The position numbers and the translations under genes were made by a program. Below the pieces are notes generated by a model. It was not told the DNA's origin and searched no databases. It saw only the letters and a program-made list of their open reading frames with translations. From an uncultured Gammaproteobacteria bacterium (GTDB lineage: Bacteria; Patescibacteriota; Patescibacteriia; Magasanikbacterales; GCA-002688135), in the NCBI GenBank assembly GCA_964536205.1, contig CAZHVT010000001.1:5944-69943 (forward strand): a DNA stretch of 64,000 nucleotides, written 5' to 3'. Below are positions 40,040 to 47,983 of this stretch, one piece after another; positions within the stretch are counted from its first letter, which is position 1; every line of letters starts with the position of its first letter.

Positions 40040-40175
40040 TGTGGATAAGGGTTGACAGAATCCACAGGTCACGATAGGCTTAAATTCTAGCTATTGTTAG
40101 TGAATTAATATATTTTTAAAAATATATTCACACTTATTTTTTACATTTATCCACACTATCCACAAGTTTTCCACA
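40040..40175. promoter_or_regulatory. DnaA boxes upstream of dnaA (oriC part 1)
   Basis: TGTGGATAA 40040, TTATCCACA 40147, CTATCCACA 40156, TTTTCCACA 40167. Confidence 0.85.
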
Positions 40176-40285
40176 TGGTACACACATATCGTAAACAGTT
40201 GACCCTTTTCAAAGAATATTTTGTGATGTATCATCAGAAGACTTGTACTTTTATCGGGTGTGATACCCCATGACCTCCCACTATT

Positions 40286-41683
40286 ATGATGACGAATGAA
40301 TCAATCTGGCAAGCAGTGCTTGCAGAATTGGAGCTAGAGCTCTCTAAAGCGAACTTTACGACGTGGTTTCGTAATACTTCATTATCTTTAATGGAGAATA
40401 ATGAGGTTTCAGTGTATGTCCCTAATAACTTCACCAAATCATGGTTGGAGAAAAAGTATCACACATCTATATTGAAAACCCTTGAACAGGTTCTTGGAGC
40501 TCGTATTCAAAAGGTTGCGTATTGCGTTGAGAAAAATCCACAAAAATCCCAAGCTTCTTTTATCACACAAGGTTTCACCTTCAATCACGATTCTGCAGAC
40601 AATTCACTTACTGTTGGCCCACAGGCTCCTGTGGTACAGCAAAATCCAAATGCGCGCGGCTTACACCCGCGTTATGTTTTTGAAAATTTTATTGTGAGTA
40701 AAAGTAATGAGTTGGCACATGCCGCGGCGCAGGCTGTGGTATCCAACCCCGGTGCTTCTTATAACCCCCTCTTTATATACGGCGGAGTTGGGCTTGGAAA
40801 AACTCATTTAATGCAAGCGATCGGACACTCTGTTTTGCAACAAAATCAAGAGGCGAAAGTTTTGTATGTTTCTTGCGAGACATTTACGAATGATTTCATT
40901 CACGCAGTTCGCAATGGTTTGGCAAAAGAATTTAAAGATCGTTATCGCAATGTTGATGTATTGATTGTTGATGATATTCAATTTATTACTGGAAAAGAGG
41001 GGACGCAGGAAGAGTTTTTTCACACGTTTAATGCGCTTCACCAACAGGATAAGCAGATTATTATTTCATCAGATCGTCCACCAAAAGCAATTCCGGCATT
41101 GGAGCAGCGATTACTTTCTCGTTTTGAATGGGGGATGATTGCTGATATTTCATTTCCAGATGTTGAAACACGTGTGGCTATTTTGGAAGCGCGTTGCTCA
41201 GAGCGTGGTATTAAAGTTCCATCAGATGTATTGCACACTATTGCAAATCACATCCAAAATAATATTCGTGAATTAGAAGGAGCTTTGAATAAAATTATTG
41301 CGACGATTGAAATGCACAAGAGTGAGCCTACGTCTGAAATGGTACAGCAAGTTTTAGGAAGTATTAAAGCATCACGCACCATTCACTCTGTATCACCTAA
41401 GGAATTGATTAGAGTGGTTTCTGAATACTTTGATGTAGGTATTGATGATATGGTTGGAAAAAGCCGTGAGAAACGTATTGCATTCCCACGACAGATTATT
41501 ATGTATTTGTTGCGTAAGGAGATGAAAAACTCATATCCTTCGATTGGAGCGGAGTTGGGTGGACGAGATCATACAACTGCGATTCATGCGTATGAGAAGA
41601 TTCGTAAGGCTGTTGAGGTTGATAATAAACTCAAAGCCGACATACAGTATATTAAAGAACGATTGTATACGCCTGCGGCGTAG
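40286..41683 (+). CDS. dnaA: chromosomal replication initiator DnaA
   Basis: YNPLFIYGGVGLGKTHL, DDIQF, RLLSRFEWG, GGRDHTT. Confidence 0.99.
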   Translation: MMTNESIWQAVLAELELELSKANFTTWFRNTSLSLMENNEVSVYVPNNFTKSWLEKKYHTSILKTLEQVLGARIQKVAYCVEKNPQKSQASFITQGFTFNHDSADNSLTVGPQAPVVQQNPNARGLHPRYVFENFIVSKSNELAHAAAQAVVSNPGASYNPLFIYGGVGLGKTHLMQAIGHSVLQQNQEAKVLYVSCETFTNDFIHAVRNGLAKEFKDRYRNVDVLIVDDIQFITGKEGTQEEFFHTFNALHQQDKQIIISSDRPPKAIPALEQRLLSRFEWGMIADISFPDVETRVAILEARCSERGIKVPSDVLHTIANHIQNNIRELEGALNKIIATIEMHKSEPTSEMVQQVLGSIKASRTIHSVSPKELIRVVSEYFDVGIDDMVGKSREKRIAFPRQIIMYLLRKEMKNSYPSIGAELGGRDHTTAIHAYEKIRKAVEVDNKLKADIQYIKERLYTPAA

Positions 41684-41703
41684 TGAGTTGGTGAGACTAT
41701 TTC

Positions 41704-42008
41704 GTTGTACGTTCTACGTTGTACGTTCTAGGGTGATTTCTAGAATGTAGGACGTAGAACGTAGAACTTTTCCACTCTTTAATCACATGTTGGTAGGGTG
41801 TGAATTCGGTCGAACAACTGGTGTATAAACATTCAGTTGTGCACAGGAAAATCTAGAACGTTTTGTTCATACACATTTCGTACACATAGCATTTCACAGT
41901 CAGTGTGTATAAATTATCGTCTAAATTTAAAACAAAAATATAGTTGTTAGACTTATCCCGTGCCTTATTATTACTATTAGTTTAATTTATATAAAAATAT
42001 ATAATATA
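41704..42008. other. oriC part 2 (DnaA boxes, DnaA-trios, AT-rich DUE)
   Basis: TGTGTATAA 41904, TGCC followed by TTA-TTA-TTA-CTA-TTA 41965-41979 and an AT-rich stretch; plus strand becomes G/T-rich downstream. Confidence 0.75.
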
Positions 42009-42064
42009 GCGTTTCAGAAAATGAGAATCTAGGAGGAACTTACACACACTAACCCAAAGAGGAT

Positions 42065-43189
42065 ATGAAGTTCTCATGCACAAAGGAGAATTTACTCAAA
42101 GCATTAACCTGTACAGGATATGTATCAGGTAAACAGGTGAACTTACCGATATTGCAAAATGTGTTGATATCGATGAAGAATACCGAAACTAAGATTGTGT
42201 CGACTAATTTGGAGATTGCTGTTTCAGCGCAGTTGCGAGCAAAAGTTGAGACTGATGGAGAATTTACAGTTCCAGCTCGAGTATTTTTGGAGTATATGGC
42301 GAATGTTCCAGGTGATCGTGTTGATATTGAATTGCATGAATCTGGATTGGGTGTTCAGATGGGGCATTCAAAAACTGTTTTGAAGGGGATGGAAGCTACG
42401 GAATTTCCGTTGATTCCAGGAATTGAGGGGGATGTAGTATTTGAGTTAGATGCGAAAGTTTTATTGAATGCATTGCATCAGGTTTTGTTTGCTGCATCTA
42501 AGAGTGATGTGCGTCCTGAATTATCTGGAGTTTTATTTCATTGTAATCCACCCGAAGGAAAACAAAGTTTGGTGTTGGCGGCGACAGATAGTTTTCGATT
42601 AGCTGAAAAGAAAATTACGTTTAAGAGTGGGGGAACAGAGGAAAAGCGAGTGATTGTTCCATCTCGTACAGTTTCCGAATTGGTTCGCATTATAAATGTT
42701 TCGACGAAAGAAATTGATAGTGTAACGATGCGTGTTTCTGATCATCAGATTGTGTTTGTGTGTGGTGGTGTGCAAATTACTTCGCGATTGACTGATGGGA
42801 ATTATCCGAACTATGAACATATTATCCCCAAGGAATCGAATGTTGAGATGAGTGCGTTGAAGGATGATGTGGTGAAGCAGGTGAAGGGTGCGAGTTTATT
42901 TACGACAAAGGGAATTGGTGCGGTGCGGATGAAATTTGTGGCAGCAGAAAATAAAATTAATATTACATCGACGAATGCGCAGACGGGTGAGCACGCGGGG
43001 AGTGTTGTTGCTGAAGGGAAGGGTGATGAGGTTGAGATGTATTTGAATCATCGATATATTTTGGATGGGTTGAGTGTGATTGATAATGAGCGAGTGAAAT
43101 TTTCCGCGCAATCTACTGATGCGCCGTTGGTGATGCGTCCGCAGATGGATAAGGACTATCTTTACATGATAATGCCTATTAAGCAGTAA
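42065..43189 (+). CDS. dnaN: DNA polymerase III beta sliding clamp
   Basis: LPILQNV, TNLE, ATDSFRLA, SRL.DGNYPNY, YMIMPIK. Confidence 0.98.
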   Translation: MKFSCTKENLLKALTCTGYVSGKQVNLPILQNVLISMKNTETKIVSTNLEIAVSAQLRAKVETDGEFTVPARVFLEYMANVPGDRVDIELHESGLGVQMGHSKTVLKGMEATEFPLIPGIEGDVVFELDAKVLLNALHQVLFAASKSDVRPELSGVLFHCNPPEGKQSLVLAATDSFRLAEKKITFKSGGTEEKRVIVPSRTVSELVRIINVSTKEIDSVTMRVSDHQIVFVCGGVQITSRLTDGNYPNYEHIIPKESNVEMSALKDDVVKQVKGASLFTTKGIGAVRMKFVAAENKINITSTNAQTGEHAGSVVAEGKGDEVEMYLNHRYILDGLSVIDNERVKFSAQSTDAPLVMRPQMDKDYLYMIMPIKQ

Positions 43190-43445
43190 CCGCTCGCGAG
43201 GAGGGCGATATATGTTTGCTTCATAAAACATTTGCTCGACGTACGCCTGTACGACTCGCTGCATGTTTTACTCCAGCTGCGCATATCTCATCCCACCTCA
43301 CTTCGCTAGCTTCGTGGATAGCTTTCAGAATTTTCTTATTCGAGTTATTGTTTAATAGCCCTCATTTCGAAAATTCTTCCAAACACGCACATTTCATCTC
43401 AATATACTTTGCTGACTTCGTGGTAGGTTATTGTGCTTGCATGTA

Positions 43446-43590
43446 CTGTCATTCCCGCGAAGGTGGGAATTCAGAAAATTCAAGAGTAAAAGTAAAAACC
43501 AACGATTTTAAGCGTATCATTCTGGGGTGAGGTATGAATGATAGAATATGGTTTTATAAACATGGATCCCGTACGACTACGGGATGACAG
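43446..43590. mobile_element. MITE/REP-doublet-like element
   Basis: CTGTCATTCCCGCGAAGGTGGGAATTC at left and GATCCCGTACGACTACGGGATGACAG at right (CTGTCAT/ATGACAG inverted ends). Confidence 0.55.
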
Positions 43591-43666
43591 GTACAACACT
43601 TTGTAGAATGTTACATTGTATAAATTTAAATTGAATTAAAAAACCGCTGGCGTGCCGGCGGTTTTA

Positions 43667-44353
43667 CTATTGGAAGAATTTTTCTTGTGGGTGTTGTTCT
43701 GTCGAGTCGGGGAGTGATTCCCACCATGCGATCATTGAGCCTGTGATGGTGTGTCTGAGTTCAAAATATTCGCGTGTCATGTGGGTTGGTATTGCAGCTC
43801 GAAAAAAACGTTTGCTAAAGCTCAATTCAACTTTTGGTACACGTATTTCGTTTAGATTTTTATGGGGCGTATGTATTTTCAGCACATTGACTTGTATATC
43901 ACTCATACACTTATAACACAGTAACATTCCGAAGTTGTTTATCCATAGCTTACATGTCGTTGCTTCACACTCATCACATTTGTAGTGAAGAGGAATATCA
44001 ATTCCCTCATGGTGTTGTGGAATTTTGTCGTCTAGTACATTTTCCGTTGTTGGTTGTACCGACAAACTTTTCCACCAACTCCAACCTTTTTCAGTTAATG
44101 AGGTGTATGGTGTGTATAGTTGGGCACGTGAATTTTTCGGTACTGCTGGGTGGAATGGTCCGATTTTATCATTATTAGTAGTCAGATCTTCGAAGAAATT
44201 ATCACGAATGCAATTCCAGCATTTTAATGCTACGTCATCCATGTGATCTGTTCGTGTAAACCACAATCTGCAGTTTGTTGCATTACATTTTTTACAGAGG
44301 TACCACGGTGGGCACTCTTTGAGCTTCAGATTGAATACTCCGAATTTTGCCAT
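43667..44353 (-). CDS. GATA-like Zn-finger module x2 with HPQEKFF tag
   Basis: CKKC..CRLW..CWNC..PAVP..WWKSL; CDEC..CKLW..CYKC..AAIP..WWESLP; ends HPQEKFFQ. Confidence 0.85.
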   Translation of the reverse strand: MAKFGVFNLKLKECPPWYLCKKCNATNCRLWFTRTDHMDDVALKCWNCIRDNFFEDLTTNNDKIGPFHPAVPKNSRAQLYTPYTSLTEKGWSWWKSLSVQPTTENVLDDKIPQHHEGIDIPLHYKCDECEATTCKLWINNFGMLLCYKCMSDIQVNVLKIHTPHKNLNEIRVPKVELSFSKRFFRAAIPTHMTREYFELRHTITGSMIAWWESLPDSTEQHPQEKFFQ

Positions 44354-44461
44354 GCCATCTCCTTTTGTTTGTAATGAACGGTTTTTAGATTAGTGGATTT
44401 TTTGGGTTCTGTCAAGGTGTTGACTTGTTATGAAATAAAAAAACCACCGGAGTGTCGGTGG

Positions 44462-44827
44462 TTAGTGAAAGAACAATTCTTGTGGGTGGAGTTCTGGTGC
44501 TTTTTCTTGTGCGTGCCACCAGGTCATCATTTCTTGTGTGATGTCGTCGATCCACGGTGTGTGTTGTTGCTTGCAATCAGTTCTTTTGCATTTTGTTGGG
44601 ATTGCTGGTTCGAACCAACTCATAGTAATCAACTCTACCCCATGTGCGTTTTTTTCTGTTTCGATTCGTGACTTTTCGTCTAGCTCGTCGTTATGTAAGC
44701 ATGTTCCGCATATGAATTCTGGGTTGATTAAGATACCGGAACTTCGCCATAGCTGTACATAATCATTTCCACATCTTGCGCATATATAATCTTGTCTTTG
44801 TGGACAAAATGTTCTGGTGTGTTTCAT
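44462..44827 (-). CDS. GATA-like Zn-finger module with HPQELFF tag
   Basis: CARC..QLWR..CGTC..PAIP..WW; GAGGAG RBS; ends HPQELFFH. Confidence 0.85.
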   Translation of the reverse strand: MKHTRTFCPQRQDYICARCGNDYVQLWRSSGILINPEFICGTCLHNDELDEKSRIETEKNAHGVELITMSWFEPAIPTKCKRTDCKQQHTPWIDDITQEMMTWWHAQEKAPELHPQELFFH

Positions 44828-44871
44828 GTGTATCTCCTCAAGATCTAGCTCACTTTATAGCGTGAGAGATT

Positions 44872-45552
44872 TTACTGAAAGAACAATTCTTGTGGGTGAA
44901 TTTCTGGTTCTTCTGGGAGGTTCATCCACCACTCGTTCATGACATAATGCATGGAGAATTGATTTACCATATATGTTGGGTCGACCATGCTGGGTACTGC
45001 GTTTAAATAATTGCCTCGCATAAAGTAGTAATGATCCCTACCTTGTGATGCAGTCTGCATTTTATCTGAATTTATGAGATTGAGACACGCTGTACAGATG
45101 AGTGCTGGTTTTATTTTGTCTGACGATAGGTTTGGTTGTCATAACCTACAGTCAGTTTGTTTGCATTGATTACAGACATAATTTTCTGGCACAGTTCTTC
45201 CATAATAGTCGAACCATGACTCCTTTTTTTTCATGGGCGGTGGTTTTTCGGGGAGGTTGGCCCACCATTCCAACATATCATCAGTGAAGTTACTTGATCG
45301 TTCTGATTGTTTTGTGTCTTGTGCGATAGGGATTGCTGGTATGAATGCACCTTTTACGGGATAGATGAGACCTTTTACGTTTCTAAATTTAGCATCCCGT
45401 CCTGCTATTTCATTATGGGGTAAGCATGTGGTGCACCACAATATTGATCTGTATAGTGTTGCTCTTGACCTTCGCCATAGGCGACAATTTGTTATTCCGC
45501 ACATGTTGCAGACATAACCATCCGGCACTACTTTTTCGAAATAGTTGAGCAT
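44872..45552 (-). pseudogene. two-module Zn-finger gene with HPQELFF tag, interrupted by an in-frame TGA
   Basis: TGA at 45139-45141 replaces the conserved Trp of CRLW; frame continues (CTAC..NAVP..WWMNLP) to HPQELFFQ. Confidence 0.8.
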
Positions 45553-45611
45553 GATTTTACCTTTTGGGTTGTGAAAGGACTTATGGATAATAGTGTTTTC
45601 TTGTTGGATTG

Positions 45612-46463
45612 TCAAGGTTTTAGTCGTTTGGTGATGTCTTTGTAAATTGGTGATTCTGGTTGAATGTGTGAAGATGTTGTAGTAAAAATTCCGATTTCGC
45701 GAGAGATTTTGAAGGGGAGTTTTATTTTTTGAAGTGATTTTGATGTGAGTTCGTCTGCTATGTGATGTTGTGGGAGAAGTGTTACTCCAGCGCCAGATTC
45801 TGCCATCTCCAAAAGAAAGTTTGGATTGGTGGACTCGATGAGAATTTTTGGCGCGTAATTATTTTTTTGAAATGTTGTATCGATGTAGGATCTTGTTGTT
45901 GATCCGGCGTCATACAGAATAAAAGGGATTTCATTTTTTGGATTCCACTTTTTTTCAGATACTGGGATGAGTTCTTCTTTGTGTGTTGAAAGTATTTTGA
46001 TATTTTCTGGTGGTTTGTAATTTTGTGGAATAACGCAAATGCAGATGTCGAATAATCCAGCAGCTAGCCATGAGAGAAGATTGCGAGAATTATCAATTTT
46101 CATTTCAAAATGATATTCGTGTGTGTCGAGATTTTTTTTGAGAAAGGGGATGAGTTTGAGTGCTGCGGAATCATAGAGGCCGAGTGAGACAATTTGAGAT
46201 CCTCGAAGATTCGTCAGTTCGCTGGCATTTTGTATTTTATCCCAATTGTCGTTCATTCGTCTGGCGAGCTGGTATACGATTTGGCCTTCTTTGGAGAGCT
46301 GTGGTGTTGGGGTGAGTGATGTGAATAGATTGAGCTGTAGATGCTCTTGAAGGCGCTTGAGTGACTGTGAGATGGCTGGTTGGGATATTTGATGGTGTTG
46401 GGCTGCTTTTGTGAGTGAGCCTTTGTGTACGATTGATATGAATCGTTGTAGTTCGAGGAGCAT
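45612..46463 (-). CDS. LysR-family transcriptional regulator
   Basis: GSLTKAA...ISQPAISQSLKRLQ HTH and substrate-binding domain. Confidence 0.9.
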   Translation of the reverse strand: MLLELQRFISIVHKGSLTKAAQHHQISQPAISQSLKRLQEHLQLNLFTSLTPTPQLSKEGQIVYQLARRMNDNWDKIQNASELTNLRGSQIVSLGLYDSAALKLIPFLKKNLDTHEYHFEMKIDNSRNLLSWLAAGLFDICICVIPQNYKPPENIKILSTHKEELIPVSEKKWNPKNEIPFILYDAGSTTRSYIDTTFQKNNYAPKILIESTNPNFLLEMAESGAGVTLLPQHHIADELTSKSLQKIKLPFKISREIGIFTTTSSHIQPESPIYKDITKRLKP

Positions 46464-46534
46464 GTGTTTTGGTCCACGAATAGTATAAATCTTTTACAAA
46501 TCTACAAATGCTTTTCTAGCAACAACTTGACCAA

Positions 46535-46601
46535 CTGTCATTGCGAGCATTTTAGCGAAGCAATCTCATCCACAGATTGCTTCGTAAGCTCGCAATGACA
46601 G
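46535..46601. repeat. REP-like palindromic element
   Basis: CTGTCATTGCGAGC..CGAAGCAATCT..AGATTGCTTCG..GCTCGCAATGACAG long inverted repeat. Confidence 0.75.
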
Positions 46602-46802
46602 TCTACCACCAGCGTGCTCGAAGAGAATTTGTAGATTTGTATTCAATTTGTATTATTCGTGGGTGTAGTGTGGATAAGCTGTGTTTATAGTGGATAAGTA
46701 TCATTAATTTGGATTATATATGAGTATGGTATATAGTTCAAGCGTTCTTTACTTATTTACTGGATTCCCACATTCGTGGGAATGACAAGAAAGGAGAGTT
46801 TT

Positions 46803-47942
46803 ATGTCCTCTAAAAACATCAATGTTGCGATTGTTGGCGTAGGAAACTGCGCTTCTTCATTCGTACAGGGTTTGGAATATTATCGTGATCACGAGGGTGA
46901 TCATATTCCTGGTTTGATTAACACGGATTTGGGTGGATATCGCATTGGTGATATTCGTGTGGTTGCGGCGTTTGATGTGAATGCTGAGAAGGTCGGGCGC
47001 GATCTTTCGCATGCGATTTTCACTGCTCCGAATAACACGAAGAAATTTTCCGATGTTCCGCTTACGGGCGTGCGTGTTCATAATTCGAAACCTTTGGATG
47101 GCATCGGCGAGTATATCCAAGATGTGTATCCACTTTCTGATGCAGAGATTCCAGATCCAGTTCAAGTGCTTCGAGAGTCTGGAGCTGATGTGTTAGTGAA
47201 TTATCTTCCTGTCGGTTCGCAAAAAGCGGTTGAATACTGGGCGCAGGTTTGTCTGGATGCTGGTGTGGCGATGGTGAATTGCATGCCGGTGTTTATTGCG
47301 AGCGATCGGGGTTGGGCGGCGAAGTTTACTGCTGCTGGCGTTCCGATTGTCGGCGATGATATCAAATCACAATTTGGTGCGACGATTTTGCATCGTGCTT
47401 TGATTAAGTTGATGGCTGATCGTGGAATGCCGGTTGATACGACATATCAATTGAATTTTGGTGGGAATACTGATTTTCAGAATATGTTGGAACGTAAACG
47501 TCTTGCCAGCAAGAAACTTTCCAAAACGCGTGCTGTGACTTCTCAAGCAGATCGAGATCAGAGTTTGCTGCATGATGATGCGACGCATATTGGTCCATCT
47601 GATTTTGTTCCTCATCTGAAGGATAATAAGATTGCACAGATTCATTTGGAGGGTCGTCATTTTGGTGATGTTCCGATGAGCGTTGAGATTCGATTGTCTG
47701 TTGAGGATTCTCCGAATTCTGCTGGGGTTGTGGTTGATGCGGTGCGATGCGCTAAGCTTGCGCTGGATGCGCATATTGGTGGGCCTTTGTTGGCGCCCAG
47801 CGCGTACTACATGAAATCTCCGATTCGGCAGATGGAAGATACGGCTGCGCGAGATGGTGTGTTTGCATTTGTACATGAATGTCAATCCATGATTTCTAGC
47901 CCCTCGCTTCCAGTGATGGAGCCAATGCGGCAACGCGCGTAA
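46803..47942 (+). CDS. ino1: myo-inositol-1-phosphate synthase
   Basis: VGVGNCASS, NYLPVGS, GDDIKSQ.GAT, QLNFGGNTDF, EDSPNSAG. Confidence 0.95.
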   Translation: MSSKNINVAIVGVGNCASSFVQGLEYYRDHEGDHIPGLINTDLGGYRIGDIRVVAAFDVNAEKVGRDLSHAIFTAPNNTKKFSDVPLTGVRVHNSKPLDGIGEYIQDVYPLSDAEIPDPVQVLRESGADVLVNYLPVGSQKAVEYWAQVCLDAGVAMVNCMPVFIASDRGWAAKFTAAGVPIVGDDIKSQFGATILHRALIKLMADRGMPVDTTYQLNFGGNTDFQNMLERKRLASKKLSKTRAVTSQADRDQSLLHDDATHIGPSDFVPHLKDNKIAQIHLEGRHFGDVPMSVEIRLSVEDSPNSAGVVVDAVRCAKLALDAHIGGPLLAPSAYYMKSPIRQMEDTAARDGVFAFVHECQSMISSPSLPVMEPMRQRA

Positions 47943-47944
47943 AT

Positions 47945-47980
47945 AAAAACCTCCGAGAAACCTCGGAGGTATTTTTTATT
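47945..47980. terminator. bidirectional terminator between ino1 and the PBP gene
   Basis: ACCTCCGAG-AAAC-CTCGGAGGT flanked by A and T tracts. Confidence 0.75.
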
Positions 47981-47983
47981 TCT

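Noticed and set aside
43216-43530. 104-aa ORF after dnaN
   Set aside because: Made up of palindromic repeat sequence (CHSREGGN is the repeat translation)
45139-45141. Genome-wide TGA recoding (code 4 or 25) or selenocysteine
   Set aside because: Conserved genes end in TGA at the expected lengths; the site aligns with Trp, not Cys or Gly
35540-45552. Diversity-generating retroelement behind the paralogue diversity
   Set aside because: No reverse transcriptase and no near-identical TR/VR pair with adenine-specific differences is visible
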